64,000 nucleotides of DNA from contig SDNP01000003.1 of the NCBI GenBank assembly GCA_004524445.1, forward strand, positions 54,798 to 118,797. Reading direction: 5' to 3'. The position numbers and the translations under genes are program-made. The notes below the pieces were generated by a model. The model worked only from the letters and a program-made list of their open reading frames with translations. It did no database searches and was not told the origin of the DNA. This DNA comes from Candidatus Thorarchaeota archaeon. GTDB taxonomy: Archaea; Asgardarchaeota; Thorarchaeia; Thorarchaeales; Thorarchaeaceae. Below, one piece after another: positions 15,912 to 25,428 of this stretch. How positions within the stretch are numbered: position 1 is the first letter of the stretch; each line of letters starts with the position of its first letter.

Positions 15912-18323
15912 ATGTCGAAGGTCATTACATCTGCTTTACTGGTTCTTCTATTTAGTATGGTAATCGTACCTTTTGTTCCAACAGAAGGTATCCAAAAATA
16001 TTCACCTGAATCATCTCCACTGAATGTGGCAGATGAAGTGGTAGCCGGCAAGGTGCTTGTTGACGAGTCGCATACATCTCGTGGGTCTGATATGTGGACA
16101 CCGGGAAATGCATCAATATTCGGATGGATTCTGATGGAACATGGATACAATGTGTTCAATAATTTTGACCAAGCTCTTGATAGTGGACTGTTGTCAGACT
16201 ATGATATACTATGTTTGTTCTTCCCCCAGATTCAACTAACATCCGCAGAAGTAACTGCAATACAGAATTTCGTTAGCAATGGAGGCGGACTTCTACTGGT
16301 TGGTGTTGACCATCGAGAAACAGTCAGCAACTACACAGCAGCATATATGAATCCGATTTCAGAGGATTATGGCATTTCATTCAATGAAGACGACATATTG
16401 GGGAGATCTCTCAGAAGTGAGGGAGAGATTGAAGACCATTTCATTACCACAAATGTTGATTCTTTCACGTCAAATAATGACCTGCTCTATGGATGTTCAT
16501 TGGATGTTACCAGTCCAGCTACAAGCCTAGGTACAATCGAGGGCGAAGATATGCTTGCAATTCATGATACGGGGACAGGAAGAGTTGTAGCTGTCGGTTC
16601 CCCCGCAACCTTCATGCAGTATTATACCGAAGAGGGTTGGCTTGTAGATGAGATGGATCATTTTGAGCTGTCTCTAAATATAATAGACTGGCTGATGCAA
16701 GGAGAACAACGTACTGTTGAACTTCCAGACCGGGCAGTAATCAAAATCGGAGATGGGCCTGATTTGAGCCCTGCCGAGTTAGAGAATTACAAGCCATTCA
16801 TTGGACAATATCATGACCATACCACCAGAAGTGATGGACAGGACAGTCCTCAAGATATGATGATTGCGATGCTTGACAACAGCTTGGATTGGAGTGTTAT
16901 GACAGACCATTCTTATGAGAATGCTGCCAAGAACGGAGTCTTCGGTGGTCTTGATATGAGGGCAATGGAGCTGGAATATGGTCTCGATGTTAAGATGGTG
17001 GTTGGAGCTGAACTCTCCGCAATTCCACATACAGTTGGATTTCCGTTGACTGAGCAAATATACACCACGTCTACTCAAGATGCAGTCGATGCCATACATG
17101 CGCAGGGCGGAATCGCAAGTTTCTGTCATCCAACAATCTCACAAACCTATGTACCTGTCTGGGAGCGGATGGATGAATACGGATATGATGCATTTGAGGT
17201 GGATAACAGCGGCTTCCTACACGGACTAGGCGAGAAGGCATATTTCATGCCGTTCTTGGGTGCCAATGACGGTCATGCTGCAAGAAAAGTCGCTACTGTC
17301 ATGAACGTAGTCTTTATTGATAATCCATCAGGTGAAGATGGCAAAGTAACCAATGATGAGCTTATAGAGGCAGTGTTAGAGAGAAGAGTTGTTGTTCTCG
17401 ATAAAGTCAACAACTTGATTCTCGGTGAAGGTATCTGGGTTGACGAGTTCCTGAATCTCTGGGACGAAGCGAATAGCACCATCCAGGCAGCTGAAGATAT
17501 CATATCAGTGTTGGAGAGCGGTGATGACGGAATTTCTTTGGCTAGAAGCTATTTGGAGAAAGCGAAAGATGCGTTCGCCGATTGGAACCCATCAAGAGCT
17601 ATCAAACTCGCTGAGAATGCGGTCTCTGATTTCATTCTCGGTATTGACATCACCCTTCCCGACTCAATTGGCCCGTTGAATCCAAATGCAGAGACCACTG
17701 TTAGTGTCGAGCTGGAAAACAGACATGGATACGGGATTGAAGTAAACTGCACACCCTTCGTGACAGAGTCCTACGAATTCGACCAAGGAAGCTATGCAAT
17801 TTCCGCGAGCGCCGGGACAATAGGAACTACAGACATGACGGCACAGACATCAGCCTTCGGTTATACCTATACGATGCTCAATATTAGGGACCTTAATGAA
17901 ACTGCAGATATCAGACCGATTCTTATGGAATTCGGAGGACTCATAGAAAACATCACGGAAAGCACAGAAGCGGTTGCGGAAGGTTATGATCTCACCCTAG
18001 AGCTGTTGATGAATCGCGGCGGTTCTACAAGAATTTCCAGCGTCAAACTGGCCTTCAATGATGGAGATACCGAGCAGACCATAGATATGGAGAATCTCGG
18101 ACGTAGCTATGCCGCAACATTGGGCCCATATCCCTCAGGCACTAATGTCAGCTACACCGTAACTGTAACAGACAAGTTGGGCAACATCTATGTGATGGGA
18201 GAATATGTCGCAGATATCACCCCAGAAGCCGCAGCACCTGACATACTACCCTTTGCTGTTGTAGGCATAGGTGTTGTAGCTCTTGTGGCAATCATAGTAG
18301 TATTCTGGAAGAAGCGAAGCTGA
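15912..18323 (+). CDS. Membrane-anchored surface protein: GIFT/DUF4350-like domain, PHP metallohydrolase, Ig-like region, C-terminal TM
   Basis: Signal peptide; VLVDESH...FVSNGGGLLL; PHP motifs HDHT.RSDG, TDH, GAELS..PH, CHP, NDGH; C-terminal TM followed by KKRS. Confidence 0.8.
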   Translation: MSKVITSALLVLLFSMVIVPFVPTEGIQKYSPESSPLNVADEVVAGKVLVDESHTSRGSDMWTPGNASIFGWILMEHGYNVFNNFDQALDSGLLSDYDILCLFFPQIQLTSAEVTAIQNFVSNGGGLLLVGVDHRETVSNYTAAYMNPISEDYGISFNEDDILGRSLRSEGEIEDHFITTNVDSFTSNNDLLYGCSLDVTSPATSLGTIEGEDMLAIHDTGTGRVVAVGSPATFMQYYTEEGWLVDEMDHFELSLNIIDWLMQGEQRTVELPDRAVIKIGDGPDLSPAELENYKPFIGQYHDHTTRSDGQDSPQDMMIAMLDNSLDWSVMTDHSYENAAKNGVFGGLDMRAMELEYGLDVKMVVGAELSAIPHTVGFPLTEQIYTTSTQDAVDAIHAQGGIASFCHPTISQTYVPVWERMDEYGYDAFEVDNSGFLHGLGEKAYFMPFLGANDGHAARKVATVMNVVFIDNPSGEDGKVTNDELIEAVLERRVVVLDKVNNLILGEGIWVDEFLNLWDEANSTIQAAEDIISVLESGDDGISLARSYLEKAKDAFADWNPSRAIKLAENAVSDFILGIDITLPDSIGPLNPNAETTVSVELENRHGYGIEVNCTPFVTESYEFDQGSYAISASAGTIGTTDMTAQTSAFGYTYTMLNIRDLNETADIRPILMEFGGLIENITESTEAVAEGYDLTLELLMNRGGSTRISSVKLAFNDGDTEQTIDMENLGRSYAATLGPYPSGTNVSYTVTVTDKLGNIYVMGEYVADITPEAAAPDILPFAVVGIGVVALVAIIVVFWKKRS

Positions 18324-18506
18324 TGCTTCGTTTCTTACCGGAAATGATAGAGTCACAGGAATCAAGTCGCCTGTCTGTACTCCATGCCTCAGCACGAAAG
18401 CAAATTTGACATGGAACCTATACTGCAGCTAGTGTATTAGAAGAATAAAAAAGCACTTATTTGATTAATGTAGCATTAGTCATATCTACATAGAGAGGTG
18501 TGAGAT

Positions 18507-18803
18507 TTGAAATTTGTGCTATTTTATGAATCCGAGGATTTGGTAGAAGAACAGAAGAAAATGAAGCGTTTTGATGAAGTATGGAAGAATCTGGCAAAAG
18601 AGAGAGATGTGACTATGAAGCCAATAACACCACCCTTTGCGTATCCCGATTTGACAGGCGCGATTCAGTTGGTTGAGGCGGAGAACATTGAAGACATAAT
18701 AGCCCTCGTATCATATTACTATGATGTGGGACGATTCAGCGTTCAACCAATAGTAGAGATGGAGCAAGCTTTGGAGGTATTCAATAAAGTATCAGAGCTT
18801 TAA
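18507..18803 (+). CDS. Hypothetical protein (possible dimeric alpha/beta barrel)
   Basis: GAGGTG SD before the TTG start; clean ORF. Confidence 0.65.
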   Translation: MKFVLFYESEDLVEEQKKMKRFDEVWKNLAKERDVTMKPITPPFAYPDLTGAIQLVEAENIEDIIALVSYYYDVGRFSVQPIVEMEQALEVFNKVSEL

Positions 18804-18997
18804 GGGGAATATTAGTAGCGCTTCGGCAAATGAAAGCTCCCCGTTCGGAACCGCAGTTACCCCTATGTTAGGTTCTCTGCGGTTGGATTTGCTTGGTTTC
18901 CCTTAGCTTAGAGGGACAGCAACGCTTTAGTGAAGTGATGGTTTACCTAGATGCACAGAATGTTGAATTCAAGTACAATCTGGGTGTCTGATTCGAA
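18804..18997 (+). ncRNA. Candidate structured RNA: four hairpins, the last with a box C/D-type K-turn
   Basis: Stems GGGGA/TCCCC, AACCGCAG/CTGCGGTT, TTGCT..CCCT/AGGG..AGCAA, and TGAA-GTGATGG..ACCTAGAT/ATCTGGGT..CTGA-TTCG. Confidence 0.45.
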
Positions 18998-19020
18998 GAC
19001 TGTGGGATGGTGCAACATCA

Positions 19021-19851
19021 TTGACTAACCTTGCCGATATCATTCAATATCTTGAAACAATCGCTCCATTGGACCACGCTCTGCAGGGGGAATTACGAGG
19101 TATTCAGGTGGGTCCGCAAACCAAGATTGAGCAATCCAAAACAACAATAAACAGAGTTCTGATCGCAACCTATCCTTCATCCAGAATCGCAGCGATGGCT
19201 AGCCAAGACAAAGCCAACCTCGTTATCTGTTATAGACCTCTCTTTGCTGCGCCAATCTCATCTCTTAGTGGAACTGACTTGGTCAAGGTGAGACTTCTTT
19301 CAAAGAATTATATCTCGGTGTATGCAATCAGTAGTTCATTTGTTGGTGCACAAGATGGTCTTAGCGACGCTCTGATACAGAAACTGGGTCTGAGGAATAT
19401 CCGCGATTTCTTATCTAGAGGGGCAAAAATGGATGTAGTTCGTGCCGGGGCAATATGTACCCCGCCCGAAGAAACAAATCATTCAGGCTTCGCCAACGAC
19501 ATTGCGACAAAATTGGACATAAGCAATGTGCAATTTACAGGCGATTTGGATGCTGATGTAAATCATTTAGTGGTAGTTGCTGGAAATCATTTTGGGGAAG
19601 AGGACATCTATAGGGCAAAGGAGGAGGGGGCGGATACTGCTCTCACGGGAGAAGTAATACCGGGTATCAGAAGATTAGCCCATGAAAAACAATTGAATCT
19701 TTTTGAAATCCCTCCATTTGCGACAGAAAACCCGGGTATGAATCGCCTTAGACATCAGCTTAGTTTGGAATTCTCCGACCTAAAAATAACCTACTCGGAA
19801 TCGGAATCATTCACAGATTTTCTCAGGCCATATTCTGAATCCATGGCATAG
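19021..19851 (+). CDS. Nif3/DUF34-like protein (metal-binding His residues absent)
   Basis: N-terminal LETIAP...GIQVG, ALTGE, TExxG pattern typical of the Nif3 family. Confidence 0.78.
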   Translation: MTNLADIIQYLETIAPLDHALQGELRGIQVGPQTKIEQSKTTINRVLIATYPSSRIAAMASQDKANLVICYRPLFAAPISSLSGTDLVKVRLLSKNYISVYAISSSFVGAQDGLSDALIQKLGLRNIRDFLSRGAKMDVVRAGAICTPPEETNHSGFANDIATKLDISNVQFTGDLDADVNHLVVVAGNHFGEEDIYRAKEEGADTALTGEVIPGIRRLAHEKQLNLFEIPPFATENPGMNRLRHQLSLEFSDLKITYSESESFTDFLRPYSESMA

Positions 19852-19865
19852 CCATTCAGCCGCCA

Positions 19866-20750
19866 TCAAGAGGGTTTGCGAATCATGACTACATTCTTGT
19901 TCTCAGCACAACCCACATGCCCTGCAACAGGAGCACACTTCGTTCTCATTATATGAACAGTGGGAGCCTTTGGCTCAAACTCAGTCATACTCTCGAAGTT
20001 TCCCATTCCTTTTGCCACGACTAATTCTGCATTTTCTAGCATCTCCAAAAAGGATTCTGAATTGCGTTCACGATTGACCCCAATGGCAGGAGCACCCGTA
20101 TCAATTACTGCGTCAGCATAATCTGAGAGACCTACAGCTTCAGCATCTTCTCTTGTGGCATCATTTAGAATTGGGCCGCCCTTTACTACGGCATAGACTT
20201 CTGTTCCGAGTCGTTTCATCTCTCGAATTAGAATCATATCCAAGACAACCTCTCCAGCATTATCCATCAGATACAATGCAGCATTTGCATTCTTACAGTA
20301 GTTGTAAAACGCCTCTACCTCATCAACAGCGAGATCTTCTTCCACATTGTGAACAATTTCCTTCAACTCATCAAGACTGAACTCACGACCAGATACATCG
20401 AATTCGATAGAATTAGCCGCAGCAGCAATCAAGGCAGCTTTTCTGAATTTGCTTCTTGCATCATCTTCATTATCTACAATCTGCAGTAGCTCGGGTAAGA
20501 TACTCAACGCCATCTTATTGGACAGCTGCTTCAACTCTGCATAGGGGTCTTTGCCAGTCATTTTCTGTACAAGAAGATCCCTCTCGGTCCCAATATGACT
20601 GGGTACTGAGTCGGGGCCAAAATTCTCACCAAGCATTTTGAGCATCTCACGTGCAACTTCCATCTGAAGCTCAGGATCATCTGATGCCAACTTGGTCTGC
20701 TTTATTGCTCGTTCAAGAAGACAGTGGGCACACTGAAGAGATACCTTCAT
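19866..20750 (-). CDS. DUF89/ARMT1-like damage-control phosphatase
   Basis: CxxC N-terminus, DPY, DNAGE, PILNDAT, KGMGNFE, KC motifs. Confidence 0.9.
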   Translation of the reverse strand: MKVSLQCAHCLLERAIKQTKLASDDPELQMEVAREMLKMLGENFGPDSVPSHIGTERDLLVQKMTGKDPYAELKQLSNKMALSILPELLQIVDNEDDARSKFRKAALIAAAANSIEFDVSGREFSLDELKEIVHNVEEDLAVDEVEAFYNYCKNANAALYLMDNAGEVVLDMILIREMKRLGTEVYAVVKGGPILNDATREDAEAVGLSDYADAVIDTGAPAIGVNRERNSESFLEMLENAELVVAKGMGNFESMTEFEPKAPTVHIMRTKCAPVAGHVGCAENKNVVMIRKPS

Positions 20751-20804
20751 GATTTTTCTCCAAGCTGTGGCGGAAACGATAGCTGAAAAACCATATGGAA
20801 GAGG

Positions 20805-21488
20805 CTACTTGAGAATAGGTCGAATTAAATCCTTGAGGACTTCTTCGGGTGAATCAGCCTTTGCTACTGCGGATGCCAATAGAACCCCCTGTGAGCCCAA
20901 TTTGAGAGCAGACTCCACATCATCACCAGAGCCAATCCCTGCTCCACAGAGTATAGCCGTCTTTTCATTGACTTTTCTGATTTGCTCGACTGTTCCGCTG
21001 ATGATTTCTGGCTGAGCCTGAGATACTGAGATTCCAGTTCCAATAAGCTCTGGAGGTTCGACTGCAACAGCAGAGGGGTTCATAGTTGCAGCGGCAACGC
21101 TAACAACGGGATTATTGGTGCAAACAATCGTATAGAGATGAAGTTCCTCTGCCTTTCTGATGCTAGCCTCAATGTCGGCCAGTTGCATGCGATTCTCAGA
21201 GTGATTAAGAAGTGTGCCTGAACATCCTGATTCGACCAATGCCTCGCCCAATACATGCCCGGTAAATCGTCCTGGATCTCCAGGGGCCATATGTTGTGCG
21301 AAGACAGGAATATCTACTGCTCGCGATACACGATATAAATCGGGAGCCTGAGGGGCAACAACAATAGATACATCGAATTCCTTTGCAATTCTCTCGCAAG
21401 ATTGTGCAATTAGAACTGCCTTTTCACCAGTAGCCTGAGGATATGTTTTGAAATTAATTGCAATGACAGGGAGGTCTATGTCTACCAT
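20805..21488 (-). CDS. tpiA: Triosephosphate isomerase (archaeal type)
   Basis: INFKTY, AQH, LLNHSE, AVEPPELIG, GAGI, GVLLAS. Confidence 0.95.
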   Translation of the reverse strand: MVDIDLPVIAINFKTYPQATGEKAVLIAQSCERIAKEFDVSIVVAPQAPDLYRVSRAVDIPVFAQHMAPGDPGRFTGHVLGEALVESGCSGTLLNHSENRMQLADIEASIRKAEELHLYTIVCTNNPVVSVAAATMNPSAVAVEPPELIGTGISVSQAQPEIISGTVEQIRKVNEKTAILCGAGIGSGDDVESALKLGSQGVLLASAVAKADSPEEVLKDLIRPILK

Positions 21489-21570
21489 GATACTCCATCC
21501 AATATGCATGAAAGAATTGGTTCTTTCAGGAAACAGGCAGGTCTGTGCCCACCTATTAAAGTTGCTTTCC

Positions 21571-22122
21571 TTATCTGGCAGCGCCGATGAGCAATTTGAG
21601 TGTAGGTACCCTCGCATATCCTCGTCGGTTCAGATTAGTGATTGGTTTTCGAAGCTCTATCTTAACAAACTTGCCCGGTCCCGGATCTTTGTAATACTTT
21701 AGGTAAATCTCCGAGAATTTTTCAAACGAGGGGGCATCAAGAAGTTCCTGCGTTACATCGTTTGCAATTCTAATGAATACATCCTCTTCCGGAGATGTCC
21801 CTGATTCAATTTTTACTTCACCCATTGATTCCTTCGTAACATGGAACCTTTCGCCCATAGTCATAAATTCGAGTGAGAAATGATCAGGCGCCTCAATGCT
21901 ATCTGCCCAAACGGGTTCTGTCAGCAAATACTTGAGTCGATCTTGTAGAGATGAATGGTAGGGAATAGTTTCAGCGGGGGTACTAGGCGCCTCTTGCTGT
22001 GGCAGTTCAGGTTCAGCAGGTGTTTCTTCTTCTACCTCATCTTCCTTTTCTTCTACTTCGGCCTCTTTTTCTTCTTTCTCGTCTTCTTCCTTCTTTCCGA
22101 GTCCTAATAATCTTCTTAGCAT
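21571..22122 (-). CDS. Hypothetical protein: amphipathic N-terminus, acidic linker, SCP2-like C-terminal domain
   Basis: MLRRLLGLGKK, E/K/P-rich linker, GERFHV..GEVKIESG..EEDVFIRI pattern. Confidence 0.65.
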   Translation of the reverse strand: MLRRLLGLGKKEEDEKEEKEAEVEEKEDEVEEETPAEPELPQQEAPSTPAETIPYHSSLQDRLKYLLTEPVWADSIEAPDHFSLEFMTMGERFHVTKESMGEVKIESGTSPEEDVFIRIANDVTQELLDAPSFEKFSEIYLKYYKDPGPGKFVKIELRKPITNLNRRGYARVPTLKLLIGAAR

Positions 22123-22252
22123 CGTGGTATTCCTCATTTTTTGTCCGATTGAGTAGCAGTTCAAATTCTATTGTCAATCATGAATCTTCATTAATTATGG
22201 AGTTGGAATTGCTCACACAAAAACATACTTCAGTTGTACTCACTGAAGAATT

Positions 22253-22483
22253 CTACTTGACTGGCTGTATTTTTGATGTGGCTTCAAGAGGGGATAATTT
22301 ATCCAGCTGCGCCACCAGTGGAACTGTGCTTGTTCTAGTATTCTGCCCCCAAAGCTCATCTACGAGAAGGTCTCGAATGGCAATTCGAATGACTTCTGAC
22401 CGATTTGGATACATGCCCTCGTTAATCAACCTGTCAACACCTTCAACATACGATTCAGGCATGCATATCGTTACGACTTTCAT
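22253..22483 (-). CDS. CopG/ribbon-helix-helix transcriptional regulator
   Basis: MKVVTICMP...GMYPNRSEVIRIAIRDLL. Confidence 0.85.
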   Translation of the reverse strand: MKVVTICMPESYVEGVDRLINEGMYPNRSEVIRIAIRDLLVDELWGQNTRTSTVPLVAQLDKLSPLEATSKIQPVK

Positions 22484-22565
22484 GTAGACCAACTTCGTGA
22501 AGGAGCTTATTCGTAATTAAACGGTGTCTGATTGCTGTGGGTACTGGGGTAATACTAGGTCACAT

Positions 22566-23609
22566 TTATGGAGTTTCAAGGACTATTTTTCCAAATTGTT
22601 CACCATTTTCTAGGATTTTGTGGGCTTCGCTAGCCTTTGATAAGGGCAAAGTTCGGTCAATGACGGGCTTTAGTTTGCCTGCCCATATTAAGTCCAGTAC
22701 ATCGCGTAATTCAGAACGGCTAGCCATGGTACTGCCCAGAATCTCCAACTGATTCCAAAACACAAGGTTAACATTTGTTACAGCTTTTTGACCTGAAGTT
22801 GCTCCACAAGTAACCAAACGACCGCCCTTTTTCAGACTACGAAGGCTCTTCTGCCAAGTCGCTTCTCCAACAGAGTCGAAAACGACATCCACACCACGTG
22901 AATTAGTCTTGCTCCATATCTCCTTATGGAAATCTGGCTTGTCGATGTAGTTTATGCCATAATCGGCACCCATTCTTTCAGCTTTTTTGAGTTTTGCATC
23001 CGATGAGCTGGTTACAAAGACTGTTGCTCCGGTGACTTTTGAGATTTGCAGTGCTGCAAGAGCTACACCGCCCCCAATTCCGATAATGAGTACTTTTTGA
23101 CCTGGCTTCACTCTAGCTTTAGTTATCATTAATCGCCACGCAGTCATGAAAGTCAATGGCACAGCGGCAGCTTCTGAAAAAGTTAGATCCACAGAATCAG
23201 GAATGGGTATTATATTCTCATGATGGATCCCAAATAGCTCAGCATAGCCCCCTCTAACATGTTCTCCGATAATCTGAAAATCGGGGCATAGCGATTCCTC
23301 TCCTCTGATGCAAGCGTGACAACTACCGCAGGATAAAGCCGGATCAACTATGACTCGTTGGCCTTCTTTTATGGATGACGGCACTTGTTCACCCGTTTCT
23401 TTGACAACTCCTGATATGTCGCTTCCAAGAATATGAGGCATCTCTAACTCGATTCCCGGAATGCCATTCCTTACAAAGAGGTCCAGATGATTCAGTGCCA
23501 CTGCTTTTACATCGATTATAACGGAGTTAGGTTGAACCTTGGGTTCCTCTATCTCTGTGTATTCTAATACCTCGGGTCCACCGTGTTTGTGAAATAATGT
23601 CGCCTTCAT
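22566..23609 (-). CDS. Zinc-binding MDR alcohol dehydrogenase/quinone oxidoreductase-like protein
   Basis: NHLD, CGSCHAC..C structural Zn site, GIGGGVA, QFGKIVL. Confidence 0.9.
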   Translation of the reverse strand: MKATLFHKHGGPEVLEYTEIEEPKVQPNSVIIDVKAVALNHLDLFVRNGIPGIELEMPHILGSDISGVVKETGEQVPSSIKEGQRVIVDPALSCGSCHACIRGEESLCPDFQIIGEHVRGGYAELFGIHHENIIPIPDSVDLTFSEAAAVPLTFMTAWRLMITKARVKPGQKVLIIGIGGGVALAALQISKVTGATVFVTSSSDAKLKKAERMGADYGINYIDKPDFHKEIWSKTNSRGVDVVFDSVGEATWQKSLRSLKKGGRLVTCGATSGQKAVTNVNLVFWNQLEILGSTMASRSELRDVLDLIWAGKLKPVIDRTLPLSKASEAHKILENGEQFGKIVLETP

Positions 23610-23734
23610 TGTGACACCTCAAATTAAAGAATATAGGTAGAGAACAACAAAAAAGGCTTTCATATAGTATTCCAGCATCAACTGTGGGATTTCAGCTTTC
23701 ACCAAAGATAAAACCAACCGATTTCTGATAGAAC

Positions 23735-24031
23735 TTGGTGAAAACTTTGGGAAAAGGCGGAAAAGTTCGAGCTAGTCACATACTGGTTGATAAGCACAGC
23801 AAAGCACTTGATATCATCAAGAAAATACAAGAGGGCGAAAAATTCGAAACCATGGCAAAGAATCACAGCGAATGTCCATCTAGGAAAAAGGGTGGGGATT
23901 TAGGCTGGTTTGGGCGTGGTCAGATGGTCAAGGAGTTTGAGAGAACAGTCTATGATATGAATGTCGGACAAATGACTCATGAGCCAGTAAAGACAAAATT
24001 TGGCTATCATGTCATAAAGAGAACTGGTTAG
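23735..24031 (+). CDS. ppiC: Parvulin-type peptidyl-prolyl isomerase
   Basis: RASHILV, SECPS..KGGDLGWF..GQMVKEF, TKFGYHVI. Confidence 0.92.
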   Translation: MVKTLGKGGKVRASHILVDKHSKALDIIKKIQEGEKFETMAKNHSECPSRKKGGDLGWFGRGQMVKEFERTVYDMNVGQMTHEPVKTKFGYHVIKRTG

Positions 24032-24065
24032 AATATATTCTAACGACCTCCCTTAGAATACCTAT

Positions 24066-24094
24066 GAAAGGGGGACGAGAAGGTCCCACCTTTC
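24066..24094. terminator. Hairpin between the convergent ppiC and fbp genes
   Basis: GAAAGGGGGAC-gagaag-GTCCCACCTTTC imperfect inverted repeat. Confidence 0.45.
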
Positions 24095-24105
24095 CTATAC
24101 GGTCT

Positions 24106-25257
24106 CTATTCAGCTGAACCAGATGTGTCCTTGCTCTTATCTTCCGGGACTATTTCTTCTTCTGAGAATCTAGCGGCACATTTGTCCAATACTCGTGGAA
24201 GGGTAGTATACTCCATTGATGCTTCTTCAAGTCTGTGACCCGGTTCGAAAGGTCCGATTCGTCGAAGGTAATCGGCTATCTCCATAGCACGCTGCCGAGT
24301 TATATCAAAGGCAACATCCTCAAACAGATCAACAGGTCCGACGAGTGACCCATTGCAGACCTGGAAACCAAGACCAATAACTCTGGGCGGACCATCAAAG
24401 CGTGTGCAACGTGAGTCTTTGATTGCAACAGGCATCAGTGGACCAACGTGAGAACCTCTCATCCAACCAGCCACAAGATGTGGGAGGGTGAATGCTTCAA
24501 GTACCTCGCCCATAGCAGGGAGTCCTGAGTGCGCGCGAACTATAGCTACAGGGTCGTCCTTCCCTACGTACTTGCCAGCTACCATGTGGAGTTTGTCAGT
24601 ACTGACAGATGCTGTTATCATGCCGTCATTTCGGTAGACTTTCTTGATCGTATATCTGCTCGTACTACCCAAGAGAGCCAAAACATCGTACATTTCAGCA
24701 GGGCATTTCATTTCGATAAAGCAGGGAATCTCTTTTTTGATGTCCTGGATAACGAACGAAAATCCTCCATGCAAGTTGGGATCAATGACTAATCCTGCAG
24801 TGTTGAAGGGGTCAGCAAATATCCTAAATAGCGGGTAATTGAAGGCACCCGGGTCCGTCTTGTCCGCCATAAAGATAGCAATAGGTTCCGATTTCCTCTC
24901 AGTGATAGTCATTTCAGCTGATCCAGGGCCCATACCCTTGACATTCCCGCTGAAGGTGTCTGATAGGAGGTCCTGACCTGCGGCATATATTTTATGCTCT
25001 CTCCCCATTTCTGCACATTTCATAAATGTGTCCCATGCAAGTTTATGAATCTCTTCGTTATCCTCACCCTTGAAGTGGGTCATAATCAATTCAAGGTCGT
25101 CACCAGCGTGAGTGACATAGAAATCATTAATGATCTTCTTCTCGGCTGCTTCTTTCATTTCCTTTCGAGCAAATTCCAAAATGAAATCGGGAACAATAAC
25201 ATGTCCAGCTAGAGAGCCAATGTCTGCCTTGATTACGCTGATTGTAGTTTCAACCAT
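24106..25257 (-). CDS. fbp: Bifunctional fructose-1,6-bisphosphate aldolase/phosphatase (class V FBPase)
   Basis: IKADIG..GH, GDD, YAAGQDLL, DKT, GKYVGKDDP (Schiff-base Lys), GWMRGSH, MEYTT. Confidence 0.95.
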   Translation of the reverse strand: MVETTISVIKADIGSLAGHVIVPDFILEFARKEMKEAAEKKIINDFYVTHAGDDLELIMTHFKGEDNEEIHKLAWDTFMKCAEMGREHKIYAAGQDLLSDTFSGNVKGMGPGSAEMTITERKSEPIAIFMADKTDPGAFNYPLFRIFADPFNTAGLVIDPNLHGGFSFVIQDIKKEIPCFIEMKCPAEMYDVLALLGSTSRYTIKKVYRNDGMITASVSTDKLHMVAGKYVGKDDPVAIVRAHSGLPAMGEVLEAFTLPHLVAGWMRGSHVGPLMPVAIKDSRCTRFDGPPRVIGLGFQVCNGSLVGPVDLFEDVAFDITRQRAMEIADYLRRIGPFEPGHRLEEASMEYTTLPRVLDKCAARFSEEEIVPEDKSKDTSGSAE

Positions 25258-25428
25258 TTTATAATTGCTCCAATCCTTGTCCGTTGAGAGCCTTTTCCCG
25301 TTCTCTCACAAGAGCGGGCAGCGGAGGAAGCTAATAGAACTTTCGACTCCTGACGTTTTCAAAGGCCCCTAAGTTGACAGGGGTATTATACAGCTATATA
25401 ATAGTGTCGTCATTCTTGCAATGTGACC

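Noticed and set aside
18324-18412. Possible structured RNA after the PHP surface-protein gene
   Set aside because: Only short imperfect stems and degenerate boxes; not distinguishable from chance
18498-18509. Selenoprotein read-through (GTG TGA GAT TTG) upstream of the SECIS-like hairpin
   Set aside because: The GTG is part of the GAGGTG SD, and an in-frame TAG lies a few codons upstream. There is no redox motif context.
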